In this document: one piece after another, positions 8,131 to 18,677 of the stretch
How positions within the stretch are numbered: the stretch's first letter is position 1
How the letters are laid out: each line of letters starts with the position of its first letter
DNA from: Hadesarchaea archaeon
GTDB lineage: Archaea > Hadarchaeota > Hadarchaeia > Hadarchaeales > WYZ-LMO6
Direction of reading: 5' to 3'
Assembly: GCA_029259185.1 (NCBI GenBank)
Contig: JAPDJF010000037.1
Coordinates: forward strand, 1-51,903
Length of the DNA: 51,903 nucleotides
Program-made: the position numbers and the translations under genes
The notes under the pieces: model-generated
Told to the model about the DNA's origin: nothing
Seen by the model: only the letters and a program-made list of their open reading frames with translations
The model's database searches: none

Positions 8131-9222
8131 ATGTGGAGAGTTCTCAGACCCGACGCCCTATCGGCCCTCAGAGATAAGAGAGCGAGAAAGTCACTCAAGA
8201 GGTATTTCGCAGTGATGGAAGGGAGGCTCCCGGCCAGGTTCCTAGTCTGCAGGAGGATACCCGTGAACTCCAGTCTTTCCGAAAGTGACGAGGAACTCTG
8301 GAGAGCCCACGACCTAGCCCACCGGGAGTTCAAAAGCGTCCTCGAAAGGATCGACAGGGGAAAATTAAAGCTAGCGGATCTTGAGGAGCCAGAGGTCTCG
8401 CTCTTGGACCTAAAAATTGAACTGGCGAAGCGCATACTGAAATCGTGCCATTTCTGTGAACACAGGTGCGGAGTAGACAGGACCTCGGGTGAGAGGGGGT
8501 TCTGCGGAGTAGGGGCTCATCCGAGGGTAGCATCGGAATTCATGCACTACGGCGAAGAGGGTGTACTCGTGCCCTCTTACACGATATTTTTCAGCGGGTG
8601 CACCTTCAAGTGCTGTTTCTGCCAAAACTGGGACATCTCCCAAGACCCGGAAGCTGGTGTGGAAATCAAACCCACCGAACTGGCCAAGCTGATCGCGGAT
8701 GCCAAGAAAAACGGGGCGAGAAACGTGAACTTCGTGGGAGGGAACCCCGATCCCAACCTCTGCACGATTTTAGAAACGCTACGGGAGTGTGAAGTGAACT
8801 TGAGCTCGGTATGGAACTCGAACATGTACTACAGCATCGAAACCGCTAAGCTCCTTTCGGGGACCCAAGATGTATACCTCACAGATTTCAAGTGGGGGAA
8901 CAATGGATGTGCCCTGAAGTACTCGAAGGTGCAGAGATATCTCGAAGTGGTCAAGCGCAACCACAAGCTAGCGTTCTCCGATTCGGAACTTATCATACGC
9001 CATCTGGTCATGCCAGGACATCTTGACTGTTGCACGAAGCCCATTCTAGAGTGGATAGCCGACGAACTCGATCCCATGGTGAGGGTAAACGTGATGGCCC
9101 AGTACAGACCGTGTTACAGGGCAGGAGAATACGAGGAGATAAACAGAGGAATAACCGCTGGCGAGTTCGCGAGAGCATTAGAGATCGCGAAAGAAGCCGG
9201 GTTAGAAAATCTCGAACCGTAA
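8131..9222 (+). CDS. radical SAM protein, PflX-like
   Basis: CHFCEHRCGVDR...GFC plus CTFKCCFCQNWDISQ (CxxxCxxC), NVNFVGG, IIRHLVMPGH, QYRP; probable ATG at 8131. Confidence 0.85.
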   Translation: MWRVLRPDALSALRDKRARKSLKRYFAVMEGRLPARFLVCRRIPVNSSLSESDEELWRAHDLAHREFKSVLERIDRGKLKLADLEEPEVSLLDLKIELAKRILKSCHFCEHRCGVDRTSGERGFCGVGAHPRVASEFMHYGEEGVLVPSYTIFFSGCTFKCCFCQNWDISQDPEAGVEIKPTELAKLIADAKKNGARNVNFVGGNPDPNLCTILETLRECEVNLSSVWNSNMYYSIETAKLLSGTQDVYLTDFKWGNNGCALKYSKVQRYLEVVKRNHKLAFSDSELIIRHLVMPGHLDCCTKPILEWIADELDPMVRVNVMAQYRPCYRAGEYEEINRGITAGEFARALEIAKEAGLENLEP

Positions 9223-9281
9223 GTAGCTCTTGAACTCCCTCGGTTTTATACCGATCTCGCCCGATTTTTTTCGGTGGAGCT

Positions 9282-9842
9282 GTGAGCAGGAGGTCGAGAT
9301 CCCATAGCAACGTGACCCAAGGGCTTATGGTGCTCCTACCCTGTATGCTCATCGAGCTATCGGCAGGGTCTATCTTTGGAAGGATGGAGGAATACTTGAA
9401 GATCCTGCCTGGTGTACTCGTGATGATCCCTCCCCTGCTAGCCCTGCGTGGAAACATCAACGGAGCCATGGCCTCCCGCATCGGAACTGCCTTGCACACG
9501 GGCGTGATCGATCCCGGGCTGAGATGGACACGTGAACTCAAAGTAAACGTGCTCTCTTCCATCGTGCTCACTTTGATCGCATCCGCCACCATAGGGATCC
9601 TAGCTTTCTTATCGTGCACGTTAACGGGTGTGAGGACGATCGGGTTCCTGAAATTCTTGGAAATCGCTACCCTCGGTGCCGTCTTGTCGGGGGTCATCCT
9701 CTCCCTCGTGACCGTGCTCGTGGCGGTGGAGAGCTATGTGAGGGGCTTAGATCCCGACAACGTGACCGCCCCTTTGATGGCCACGGTCGGTGACCTCGTG
9801 ACGATAGGCTGTATATTCTTCGTAGTGGTGCTGGTGGTGTGA
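9282..9842 (+). CDS. MgtE/SLC41-type magnesium transporter membrane domain
   Basis: P.LLALRGNING.MASRIGTALHTG and GLDPDNVTAPLMATVGD motifs. Confidence 0.85.
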   Translation: MSRRSRSHSNVTQGLMVLLPCMLIELSAGSIFGRMEEYLKILPGVLVMIPPLLALRGNINGAMASRIGTALHTGVIDPGLRWTRELKVNVLSSIVLTLIASATIGILAFLSCTLTGVRTIGFLKFLEIATLGAVLSGVILSLVTVLVAVESYVRGLDPDNVTAPLMATVGDLVTIGCIFFVVVLVV

Positions 9843-10400
9843 GTGAACTCGGATTTGAAGCGGATCGTCCTGGAAAGCTATCCCGTGCTCGTATCATGTA
9901 CCCTCCTATCCTTGATGGGAGGATATCTCATAAACGCCTATGTCGAAAAAATAGTGGAGGCATCTATCATCCTGATGATGATTCCCCCCGTCAATGGGCT
10001 TGGGGGAAACATAGGGAGCATTTTGGGCTCAAGATTGACCACCATGCTCCACTTGGGTGTCGTGGAGCCAAAGTTCGGCAAACAGGGAGAGATAACCGGG
10101 TGCCTGAAAGACTCCCTCCTCACCAGCCTCGGTACTTTCGCGTTCGGTGGCTTGATCTTCTTCGGGATAGCTAGGGCCCTGAGTGTGGGTGTGCTCGACT
10201 CGGTCAAGATGTCGACCGGGTTTCTTGTGGCCGGGATGTTGTCAAGCACTTTCGTCATGCTGACCACGATCCTAACCGCGTTCGCTTCATACAGAGGGGG
10301 GATGGATCCGGATAACGTCGTGATCCCCCTCATAACTTCCATCGGAGATATGTCAGGGGTGATAAGTTTAATTTTGGCCATGAGAATGTTAGGTGTATAG
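9843..10400 (+). CDS. MgtE/SLC41-type magnesium transporter membrane domain (second half/paralog)
   Basis: GGNIGSILGSRLTT.LHLG and GMDPDNVVIPLITSIGD motifs. Confidence 0.85.
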   Translation: MNSDLKRIVLESYPVLVSCTLLSLMGGYLINAYVEKIVEASIILMMIPPVNGLGGNIGSILGSRLTTMLHLGVVEPKFGKQGEITGCLKDSLLTSLGTFAFGGLIFFGIARALSVGVLDSVKMSTGFLVAGMLSSTFVMLTTILTAFASYRGGMDPDNVVIPLITSIGDMSGVISLILAMRMLGV

Positions 10401-10403
10401 GAA

Positions 10404-11582
10404 ATGAGCGAAGAGGGTCATGAACCGCATAGCGTGCGTGAACTCCTGACTGAAATGAAAAACACCTCCGACTGGATGATAGATCTCGCCAGAGCCGCAT
10501 TACTCTTCGAAAGCGAGGAAATCGCGGGACACGTCAGGAACTTCGAACGACGGATGGATGAGCTGATGTATCAGATAAGGACCATAGCCGCTGTGGCCGC
10601 ACGCAACGTGGAGGAAGCGAGGAGTATAACGAGTATCCTTCAAGTAGCGAGTGCCGCAGAAGCTATCTCGAACTCAGCGGGAGACATGGTGGATCTCGTC
10701 CTCAGGAGGATGGAGATCCATCCAACGATCAGGGAAGCCGCTCTGCTCACGGATGAGAAGCTGGCCAACCTAAGGGTCGAAGAGGGCTCGGCCCTCGCCA
10801 ACAGAACCCTGCTCGACCTCGAGCTACCCTCCAGAATAGGCGTTCGGATCCTGGCCGTGAAGAGGGGAAAAGAATGGATCGTTCCACCCATCGCCAGCAC
10901 CGAACTGAGAGCTGGCGATGAACTCGTAGTTAAAGGACCGAAGGATGGACTGGGAGTCCTATGCAAGATGACCGGGTGTCCGAAACTCGAATTCAGGGGC
11001 AAGGGACACCTGCCCAAGATAGGAAGGAAGTTATCGGAGATGTACGACTTCAGCGGCATGATGGTAGACATGGCATACTCGTCCATCCTTCTCCGCTCCA
11101 AGGAAATAGCCGAGGAGGTCAGGAAACTCGAGGAGAAATTCGATAAGTTGAACTACAGCCTCTGGCTTGAGACCCTCAAAGCAGCCAAAGTGGAGAGAAA
11201 CGTTAGGAGGCTCAACAGCTTGCTCCAAGTGATCAAATGCTTGGAGAGGATATCCGATGCCGCCGACTCGATGGCGGATGTGGTCTTGAGGGGAATGGAA
11301 CTCCACCCCGTTTTCGCGGAGGCGATAGCCGAAGCGGATGAACAGGTAGCTAGGGTCAAAGTCTCAGAGAGATCAAGGCTCGTCGGGAAAACCCTAAGAG
11401 AGCTGAACTTGGAAATGAGCATAGGGGTTGATGTGATAATGATCGAGAGGGGAAAACGGTACATATTCAACCCAAGCGGGATGAAAAAGCTGAGGGCTGG
11501 GGACTCCCTCGTGGTGCGGGGGACATACTTTGGGATCCAGAGGCTGAGAGAAGCGTGTGGAAACGGAGGAGGGAAGAGCTGA
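10404..11582 (+). CDS. tandem PhoU-TrkA_C (RCK_C) domain protein
   Basis: Two repeats of MKN.S..M.DLA..ALL....IA..V..LE...ISD.A..M.D.VLR..E.HP, each followed by S.L...TL..L.L....GV..I.RG. Confidence 0.85.
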   Translation: MSEEGHEPHSVRELLTEMKNTSDWMIDLARAALLFESEEIAGHVRNFERRMDELMYQIRTIAAVAARNVEEARSITSILQVASAAEAISNSAGDMVDLVLRRMEIHPTIREAALLTDEKLANLRVEEGSALANRTLLDLELPSRIGVRILAVKRGKEWIVPPIASTELRAGDELVVKGPKDGLGVLCKMTGCPKLEFRGKGHLPKIGRKLSEMYDFSGMMVDMAYSSILLRSKEIAEEVRKLEEKFDKLNYSLWLETLKAAKVERNVRRLNSLLQVIKCLERISDAADSMADVVLRGMELHPVFAEAIAEADEQVARVKVSERSRLVGKTLRELNLEMSIGVDVIMIERGKRYIFNPSGMKKLRAGDSLVVRGTYFGIQRLREACGNGGGKS

Positions 11583-11592
11583 GCAATAGACT

Positions 11593-12156
11593 TCACCTCT
11601 TCAAGGCTAGAAGCGCCACCCTCTCGAGCACGAGTTTCTTGACGCCGAACATTTCAACCATCGTTCGTGGAAGGCCAAAGACTTTCGCGATGTGAAGGGT
11701 TTTGGAAGGGGTGAGGTCAAGTACTTCCTCATCCACTCCAATCACCAGTTCGTGGAGAATCGCGCGGATGGCTGCACTCACCTCAGCGGCCCCGTGTCCT
11801 ATCGAAACGACGGCCACCTCCTCGGAATCTCGCCTTATACCCACTTTGTCGAAAGCCTTCCTTATCTGCCTCTCCGCTGCCGCCCAGCATAGGAGCTCTA
11901 TGCTCAGAGATTCTGCGAAGTTGAATCCACCCGAGTGGGCCAAGATGGCCAATCTCGAAGCATGGGCTAGATGCTCCTTGCCAGCTATACCTCTGGCGTC
12001 GAATACTTGACTCACCGTCCCCATTTTCCTATCGATCTCCCTTACCCTCTCCAGTTTCTCATCCACGGGGCCGGCGGGGGCCCTCCCCGCGGTCATCCCC
12101 ACGACCCGACGAACTGGGGAGCTGATCTCAAACAGCCAGAACTTCTCCACAAGCAT
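11593..12156 (-). CDS. cgi121: KEOPS complex subunit Cgi121
   Basis: QVFDA..IAGKEHL.HA, AESLSIELL.WAA.ERQI..A...VGI, LVLERVALL. Confidence 0.85.
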   Translation of the reverse strand: MLVEKFWLFEISSPVRRVVGMTAGRAPAGPVDEKLERVREIDRKMGTVSQVFDARGIAGKEHLAHASRLAILAHSGGFNFAESLSIELLCWAAAERQIRKAFDKVGIRRDSEEVAVVSIGHGAAEVSAAIRAILHELVIGVDEEVLDLTPSKTLHIAKVFGLPRTMVEMFGVKKLVLERVALLALKR

Positions 12157-12184
12157 ATTTTAACTAAGGGTCAAAATTAAGAAG

Positions 12185-12898
12185 ATGTTTGCCTGCAAAC
12201 TGAAAGTGGAGGACCTCCTAGACGGGGAGTATGTCCCCCCCTCCGAGGAGGAACCCGCTCACTTGATCACGCCTTGGGGACAAAAGGTCTTCCGAGGGAG
12301 GGTGATGGGGACGGTGGTCGAAAAATGGATCAGGGACGACCAGAGCTATGGAATCATCTACCTGGATGATGGGAGCGGGGTGATAAGCGTTCGGAACTGG
12401 AGAGAGGGTGTTCCTAAGCTCGCTGAATTCGAGGTCGGAGCTCTGGTGGACGTTATCGGAAGGATTCGGCAGTACTCTGGGGAGATATACTTGGTGCCGG
12501 ATCTCATCGTGAGAGTAGAAGATCCGAACTGGGAGCTCGTTCGAGAACTGGAGATACTGATCGCCAGACGAGAGGCCCTGAGGGGAGGGGTGAAACCGAA
12601 GAAAAAGGCACTGGAGATGCGGGAGATAAAAATCGAGGCACCGGGTCCGAGAGAAGAAGGCGTGGAAGAGGAGATCGAAGTGGGGGTGGAAGACCTCCTC
12701 CCAGAAGTGCCCGAAGAGATGAAGAAGAAAGCTTTGCTCGTGTTCGAAAAATTGGATAGGGAAGAGGGAATAGGTCAAGAAGAGCTGGAGATGGAGCTGA
12801 AGGTTTCAGGATCAGAAGCCGAGGACATCTTAACCGTTTTGCTGGCCGAGGGGGAGATATTCGAAGTCATGACAGGAAGGTACAGGAAGGTGAAATGA
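12185..12898 (+). CDS. OB-fold replication protein A subunit (RPA32-like) with C-terminal winged helix
   Basis: RVMGTVVEK...LDDGSG.I.VR.W...G.LVDVIGRIRQY.GE.Y; C-terminal LL.EGEIFE...GRY. Confidence 0.75.
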   Translation: MFACKLKVEDLLDGEYVPPSEEEPAHLITPWGQKVFRGRVMGTVVEKWIRDDQSYGIIYLDDGSGVISVRNWREGVPKLAEFEVGALVDVIGRIRQYSGEIYLVPDLIVRVEDPNWELVRELEILIARREALRGGVKPKKKALEMREIKIEAPGPREEGVEEEIEVGVEDLLPEVPEEMKKKALLVFEKLDREEGIGQEELEMELKVSGSEAEDILTVLLAEGEIFEVMTGRYRKVK

Positions 12899-13303
12899 TT
12901 GAACTACGAAGAGCTACTCGACAGGGCGCTAAGCCAAGTTCCGAAGGTAGAGTTCGACCGAAGCAGGTTCAAGATACCAGACCCAGAAATCGTGATGATC
13001 GGAAACAGGACCGTGCTCAAAAACCTAAAGGGGATAGCCTCCGCCCTCAACCGCGACCCCGAACACTTGATGAAGTATCTCCTCCGGGAACTCGGGGCCG
13101 CGGGGAGCGTGGATGGCTCTCAAGCGATATTCCAGGGCAAATTCAATTCCTCCCTCATGAAAGGAAGGATAGAGCGCTACGCCGACGAGTTCGTTTTCTG
13201 TAGAGAGTGTAATAGACCAGACACGAAGCTCGTTAAACAAGGTAGGATCCTCATGATGAGGTGCGAAGCATGCGGTGCTAGGGTAGCCGTGAGGAGCATC
13301 TGA
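12899..13303 (+). CDS. eif2b: translation initiation factor aIF2 beta subunit
   Basis: YEELLDRA, RFKIP, GNRT, LNRDPEHLMKYLLRELG, CRECNRPDT, CEACGA zinc ribbon. Confidence 0.95.
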   Translation: MNYEELLDRALSQVPKVEFDRSRFKIPDPEIVMIGNRTVLKNLKGIASALNRDPEHLMKYLLRELGAAGSVDGSQAIFQGKFNSSLMKGRIERYADEFVFCRECNRPDTKLVKQGRILMMRCEACGARVAVRSI

Positions 13304-13593
13304 TGTTGGAATTGAACATCCGAAGGATTGGAGAGGAGATACTGGTCACCGTGTGTGATAAGGAACTGCTCGGGAAGGAATTCAGAGAGGGGGAGTTGAA
13401 GTTGAAGGTGAGTGAGAGCTTCTACAAGGGCAGGAGTGCAAACGTTTCGGATTGCCTGAAGGCGATGAGGGAAGCCACGATAGGAAATCTCGTTGGTTCT
13501 ATCGTTGAGGAGGCGATCAAAGCGGGATTTGTGGACCCTAGGAACGTTCTGAAGATTCAAGGGGTAGCCCACGCACAGTTCGTCAGGATTTGA
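13303..13593 (+). CDS. DUF424 family protein
   Basis: VCDKELLGK.FREG.L.L.VSE.FY.G, ATI.NLVG, I.GV.HAQ. Confidence 0.85.
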   Translation: MLELNIRRIGEEILVTVCDKELLGKEFREGELKLKVSESFYKGRSANVSDCLKAMREATIGNLVGSIVEEAIKAGFVDPRNVLKIQGVAHAQFVRI

Positions 13594-13637
13594 GGAGGAG
13601 TAAAACCTTTTTTATAGACTCGGTAAAAGGTGAAAAT

Positions 13638-15323
13638 ATGGGCGAACTGACTGGTGCGGAAGCACTGATCGAATCCCTCAAGGCCGAGGGTGCGAAACAC
13701 ATCTTCGGGATCCCCGGAGGGGCTATAATCCCTGTGTACGATGTGCTCCACCGAGAATCCGCCATTCGCCACATCCTCGTAAGACACGAACAAGCTGCTG
13801 CCCACGCGGCTGATGGATATGCGCGCGTGCTCGGAAGATGTGGGGTATGCATGGCCACCTCCGGCCCTGGGGCTTGTAACCTGACCACGGGTATACTCAA
13901 CGCTTACATGGACAGCTCCCCCGTGATAGCGATAACCGGACAAGTTCCAACTCCAGCTCTCGGCACCGATGCTTTTCAGGAAGCAGATCTCCTGAGCATA
14001 ATGATGCCCATAACCAAACACAATTTCTTAGTCAAGAGCGTCGATGAGCTGGCCAAGGTGGTGAGACTAGCGTTCAAAATAGCGATCTCCGGCAGACCCG
14101 GTCCGGTGCACATCGATTTGCCCAAAGACGTGCAGGTATCCAGGGCTGAGGTCAAGATCCCCCCCGACGTCTTCCATCGGGAGAAGGTGAAACCAGACCC
14201 GGACCCCAAACGCATCGCGGAGGCTACGAGCCTCATCGAAAGAGCTGAGCGTCCGGTCATCCTGAGCGGGGGGGGAGTCATTTGGTCGGGTGCGTCCCCC
14301 GAGCTCGTAGAGCTTGCCGAGCTCATAGGGGCACCGGTGGTGACGTCGTTGATGGGGAAGGGGAGCATTCCAGAGGATCACCCCCTAGCGCTAGGAATGT
14401 TGGGGATGCATGGGAGGAAGGCTGCGAACATCGCGGTCACCGAGTGTGATCTGTTGCTCGCGATAGGAACGAGGTTCAGCGATAGGTCAACAGGGGATGT
14501 CCGATACTTCGCGCCCAAAGCTAAAATCATTCACATAGATGTTGACCCCGTGGAGATAGAGAAGCTCGTAAAGGCGGATGTGTTCATAATCGCCGACGCG
14601 AAGCGCGCGCTGAGGGCTCTGCTGGAAGCTCTCAAATCAAAAATCAAACGTGGAGTTGAAAGTGAGTGGCTAAAGCGCGTCGCCCAAATGCGGAAAGATT
14701 TTGCCCCCCAGATGGACTACGACAGCGTTCCGATCAAACCTCAGCGCCTCATGAAAGAACTCACGGGGGTTCTAGACGAAAACTCGATAGTGGTGACCGA
14801 AGTTGGACAGTGTCAGATGTGGGCTGCTCACTTCTACACCGTCCGGAAGCCAAGACACTTCATCTCCTCCGGTGGACTGGGAACGATGGGATTCGGCTTC
14901 CCCGCGTCCATAGGAGCCAAAGTCGCGGCGCCCGAACAAAAGGTCGTGGACGTGGCGGGAGATGGGAGCTTCTTGATGAACTCCCAAGAACTGGCAACGG
15001 CGGTTGAAAACAAGATAAATGTGGTGGTCTGTATACTCAACAATTCTTATTTGGGGATGGTGAAACAATGGCAGGACCTCTTCTACGAAAAGCGGAGATC
15101 CCAGACCTACCTCGGGAAGACGCCCAACTTCGTCAAGCTGGCGGAGGCATACGGGGCGTGGGGGGATCAAGTAACCAGACCCGGTGAGATAGCCTCCAAA
15201 CTACGTGATGCGCTGGAGTGTGGCAAACCGGCGGTTTTGGACGTGGTGATAGATCCTGATGAACACGTGTTGCCTATGGTGCCCGCTGGGGGGAGATTGG
15301 ATCGCATGATCACGGAGGCATAA
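13638..15323 (+). CDS. ilvB: acetolactate synthase large subunit
   Basis: FGIPGG, RHEQAAAHAADGYAR, TSGPGA.N, GDGSFLMN TPP motif, LGMVKQWQ; probable ATG at 13638. Confidence 0.95.
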   Translation: MGELTGAEALIESLKAEGAKHIFGIPGGAIIPVYDVLHRESAIRHILVRHEQAAAHAADGYARVLGRCGVCMATSGPGACNLTTGILNAYMDSSPVIAITGQVPTPALGTDAFQEADLLSIMMPITKHNFLVKSVDELAKVVRLAFKIAISGRPGPVHIDLPKDVQVSRAEVKIPPDVFHREKVKPDPDPKRIAEATSLIERAERPVILSGGGVIWSGASPELVELAELIGAPVVTSLMGKGSIPEDHPLALGMLGMHGRKAANIAVTECDLLLAIGTRFSDRSTGDVRYFAPKAKIIHIDVDPVEIEKLVKADVFIIADAKRALRALLEALKSKIKRGVESEWLKRVAQMRKDFAPQMDYDSVPIKPQRLMKELTGVLDENSIVVTEVGQCQMWAAHFYTVRKPRHFISSGGLGTMGFGFPASIGAKVAAPEQKVVDVAGDGSFLMNSQELATAVENKINVVVCILNNSYLGMVKQWQDLFYEKRRSQTYLGKTPNFVKLAEAYGAWGDQVTRPGEIASKLRDALECGKPAVLDVVIDPDEHVLPMVPAGGRLDRMITEA

Positions 15324-15325
15324 CG

Positions 15326-15805
15326 ATGAAAACTAGGGTTTTCTCCGTGCTTTGTGAAAACGTCGCTGGGGTGATGATGAGGGTCTCGCGCTGCTTCACC
15401 CGGAGACAGATAAACATGGATTCGGTCACCGTGGGTATCGAGCCGTCCGGCTTGGCCCGAATGATAATCCTATTCAAAGCCGATGACCAAATGACTGAAT
15501 TCATGCGCAGGATCATCTCCCGACTTGAGCCCATAATCGATGTCCAAATCCTAGAGCCGAAAGAGAGCATTGTGAGGGAGGTAAGTCTGCTCAAAACCCG
15601 AAGACTGACCGAAGTCGAGATGTCAAACGTGATAAAGCGGGTCCAATCGGCGGGAGGAAGGATCCTAGAACTCAAAGACGGAGCGATCATAGCGGAGGTC
15701 AGTGGGGACCACGAGGAGGTGGAGCAGCTCATCTCCTCGCTTGGAAACGATATACTGAAGGAAGTGGCCCGCTCTGGACAGGTGTACATATCGAAGGAGA
15801 TCTGA
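15326..15805 (+). CDS. ilvN: acetolactate synthase small (ACT) subunit
   Basis: EN.AGV..RV...F.RR.IN..S.TVG, EVARSG; lies between ilvB and ilvC. Confidence 0.85.
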   Translation: MKTRVFSVLCENVAGVMMRVSRCFTRRQINMDSVTVGIEPSGLARMIILFKADDQMTEFMRRIISRLEPIIDVQILEPKESIVREVSLLKTRRLTEVEMSNVIKRVQSAGGRILELKDGAIIAEVSGDHEEVEQLISSLGNDILKEVARSGQVYISKEI

Positions 15806-15818
15806 AAGGAGGAATACT

Positions 15819-16805
15819 GTGGGAAAGGTCTACCGGGATGAGGATGCTGATCTGAGCTGGGTTCGGGATAAGACCATAGCGGTGATAGGTTACGGTAACC
15901 AAGGCCACGCCCAAGCCAATAATCTGCGCGACTCCGGATGTAACGTCGTGATAGGTGCTAGGGAGGGGCCCAGCTACGAGAGGGCTAGGGCCGATGGTTT
16001 TGAGGTCCTCAGCGTGCCGGAGGCTTCGAAGAAAGGTGATGTGATCCAAGTGCTGATACCCGACGAATATCAAGCTGAGGTCTACCGGGGCTCGATAGAG
16101 CCTCAACTCAGGAAAGGGAAAACCCTCTGCTTCAGCCACGGATTCAACATTCACTTCAAGCAAATAATCCCACCCCCAGAGGTTGACGTGATCATGGTGG
16201 CTCCGAAAGCACCCGGGGCGATGCTCCGTAAGATGTACCAGCGGGGTTCTGGCACCCCTGGACTCGTGGCCGTGGCCCAAGATGCCAGCGGTGACGCGTT
16301 GAAGACCGCGCTGGCGCTGGCGAAGGGGATGGGACTGACTCGAATAGGGGTACTCCAGACAACTTTTAAGGAAGAAACCGAAACGGATCTCTTCGGTGAA
16401 CAAGCGGTGCTCGTGGGGGGAGTATCTGAACTCATAAAAGCTGGATTCGAGACACTCATCGAGGCCGGCTACCAGCCCGAAAACGCTTATTTCGAATGTC
16501 TTCACGAGCTCAAACTCATAGTGGACCTCATTTATGAGGGGGGAATCGAGGGGATGATGGCAGCCGTGAGCAACACGGCCGAGTACGGGGGAAGGACCAG
16601 GGGGCCGAAGCTGATAGGGGATCGAGAGAAAAAAATCATGAAAGAGTTGCTGGCCGATATCCAGAGCGGGAAATTCGCTGAGGAATGGATTTCGGAGACC
16701 AAAAAAGGATTGCCGAACCTCAAGCGGATGAGGAAAGAAGCGAAAGAACATACCATCGAAAGGATCGGGCGCGAGTTGCGAAAGTGGGCGGGAATAGAGG
16801 GGTAA
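15819..16805 (+). CDS. ilvC: ketol-acid reductoisomerase
   Basis: [50 protein letters not shown]. Confidence 0.95.
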   Translation: MGKVYRDEDADLSWVRDKTIAVIGYGNQGHAQANNLRDSGCNVVIGAREGPSYERARADGFEVLSVPEASKKGDVIQVLIPDEYQAEVYRGSIEPQLRKGKTLCFSHGFNIHFKQIIPPPEVDVIMVAPKAPGAMLRKMYQRGSGTPGLVAVAQDASGDALKTALALAKGMGLTRIGVLQTTFKEETETDLFGEQAVLVGGVSELIKAGFETLIEAGYQPENAYFECLHELKLIVDLIYEGGIEGMMAAVSNTAEYGGRTRGPKLIGDREKKIMKELLADIQSGKFAEEWISETKKGLPNLKRMRKEAKEHTIERIGRELRKWAGIEG

Positions 16806-16818
16806 TTCAGGATTTCCG

Positions 16819-16984
16819 AACTTCATCCCTTCACCTAGGGACAAGCCCTTCCTTTAGGGTGGTCGACACTCAGGTTTGGGTTCGGATGTATGTCTATCTC
16901 CCGCTGGTGCGGCCCCCAGATGTGTCACCAAGGTCTCCCTCCCCGACACGAACTCCTGGATCCCGCTTTCCAGCGGTGAAGTTA
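16819..16984 (-). ncRNA. candidate structured RNA or small non-autonomous element between ilvC and ilvD
   Basis: Minus strand folds into nested stems ccgctgg/ccagcgg, gcgg/ccgc, ccag/ctgg, gtgtc/gacac, agg-GAGA-cct. Flanked by the inverted 7-mer aacttca/tgaagtt. Confidence 0.35.
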
Positions 16985-17014
16985 AAAATAAAGAGGAGAA
17001 ATTTTCCAGACCCC

Positions 17015-18673
17015 ATGAAGCTGAGAAGCAAAGAGGTGGTGGAAGGAATAGAGGGAATGCCCAAGCGAGCACTGCTGAAGGCCTCCGGATACACGGATGC
17101 CGAGCTGAGGCGCCCTCTTGTGGCGATAGCCTCCTCGTGGAACCAGATAGTGCCGGGCCACGTGCACTTAAAGATGCTCGCCCGGGATGTCGCGGAGGGA
17201 ATAAGGAACGCCGGAGGAACCCCGGTGGAGTTCAACACCATCGCGATATGCGATGGGGTGGCGATGGGAACCAAAGGGATGCACTACTCCCTCCCCTCAA
17301 GGGAAGTCATAGCAGATAGTGTTGAGTTGATGCTCGAAGCCCACAGATTTGATGCGGTGGTGGGAATCGCCAGCTGTGACAAGATAGAACCGGGGATGCT
17401 CATGGCGATAGCTCGGGTTGATATCCCCGCCATAATGCTTACAGGCGGGCCCATGCTCCCCGGGGAGTGGAGGGGAAAAAGGATAGATGTGATAAGTGCG
17501 TTCGAGGCCATCGGTGCCCTCAAATCGGGGAGGTTGAAAAAACACGAAGCCCTGGAGATCGAGGAGAGATGTTGTCCGACTCCCGGATCGTGCGCAGGGA
17601 TGTTCACCGCCAACACCATGGCGTGCATCATAGAAGCCCTCGGAATGTCCCTCCCCGGTGTGGCCACCGCCCCAGCGGTGAGTTCGAAGAAGAGGAGGCT
17701 AGCCAGGAAAACCGGCGAACAAGTGATGGAACTCCTGAAACGGGGGATAACTCCCAGCAAAATAATGACGAGGAGCGCCTTCGAGAATGCCGTGGTGGTG
17801 GACATGGCCCTAGGAGGATCAACGAACACCGTACTCCATCTCCCAGCCATAGCTCGCGAGTTGGGGATAAATCTCACCCTTGACACGTTTGACAGATTGA
17901 GCAAGCGAACGCCTCAACTATGTAACCTCAGACCGGGAGGTGAACACATGATGACCGATCTCGATGAAGCGGGGGGTATCCCAGCTCTCATGAAGAGACT
18001 CGGGAAAATGATAAAGGGCACGCCGCTCACGGTCACCGGAAGAACTGTCGCATCCAACCTGAAGATGGTGAAAGTCACTGAAAACGATATCATAAGACCT
18101 CCCACGAGACCGTACAGACGAGGCGGGGGAATAGCTGTCCTCTATGGAACACTGGCGCCAAAGGGGGCCGTGCTGAAGACCGCGGGTATCCCCCAAAAGT
18201 CCCTCCGATTCATCGGAAAGGCGAGGGTCTTCGATCGTGAGGAAGATGCCGTGACGGCGATCCAAGATAGAACCGTGAAAGGGGGGGATGTGGTGGTCAT
18301 AAGGTATGAGGGGCCGAAGGGAGGGCCCGGAATGAGGGAAATGCTCACGGCCACGGCTCTGTTGGCCGGCATGGGTATGACGGCCTCGGTAGCCCTCATC
18401 ACCGATGGAAGGTTTTCGGGGGGAACGCGGGGGATATGTGTGGGACACGTTTCACCCGAAGCTGCCGAGGGTGGGCCGATAGGGGTGGTCAAAGACGGGG
18501 ACGGAATCCTCATCGACGTGAGGCGAGGGAGACTGGATTTACTGGTGAAAGAGACTGAACTCAAAGAAAGGCTAGCAAGGTTCAAACCCAAAAAGAGCCG
18601 TGTTGAGAAAGGATACCTGAAAACGTATGCTGAGCATGCCAGCTCAGCGGCGGAAGGCGCTGTGAGGAGGTAA
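17015..18673 (+). CDS. ilvD: dihydroxy-acid dehydratase
   Basis: [64 protein letters not shown]; ATG at 17015. Confidence 0.95.
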   Translation: MKLRSKEVVEGIEGMPKRALLKASGYTDAELRRPLVAIASSWNQIVPGHVHLKMLARDVAEGIRNAGGTPVEFNTIAICDGVAMGTKGMHYSLPSREVIADSVELMLEAHRFDAVVGIASCDKIEPGMLMAIARVDIPAIMLTGGPMLPGEWRGKRIDVISAFEAIGALKSGRLKKHEALEIEERCCPTPGSCAGMFTANTMACIIEALGMSLPGVATAPAVSSKKRRLARKTGEQVMELLKRGITPSKIMTRSAFENAVVVDMALGGSTNTVLHLPAIARELGINLTLDTFDRLSKRTPQLCNLRPGGEHMMTDLDEAGGIPALMKRLGKMIKGTPLTVTGRTVASNLKMVKVTENDIIRPPTRPYRRGGGIAVLYGTLAPKGAVLKTAGIPQKSLRFIGKARVFDREEDAVTAIQDRTVKGGDVVVIRYEGPKGGPGMREMLTATALLAGMGMTASVALITDGRFSGGTRGICVGHVSPEAAEGGPIGVVKDGDGILIDVRRGRLDLLVKETELKERLARFKPKKSRVEKGYLKTYAEHASSAAEGAVRR

Positions 18674-18677
18674 GTGG

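Noticed and set aside
9282-11582. MgtE-MgtE-PhoU/TrkA_C cluster as a novel system
   Set aside because: This arrangement is a familiar conserved archaeal gene cluster.
15729-16844. 371-aa minus-strand ORF (and similar long antisense ORFs over argC, ilvD, argG2, arlC, arlH)
   Set aside because: Shadow ORFs opposite clearly identified genes; expected from codon bias at this GC content.
16685-17014. 110-aa N-terminal extension of IlvD in the ORF track
   Set aside because: Overlaps ilvC and a structured intergenic element; IlvD homology starts at ATG 17015.
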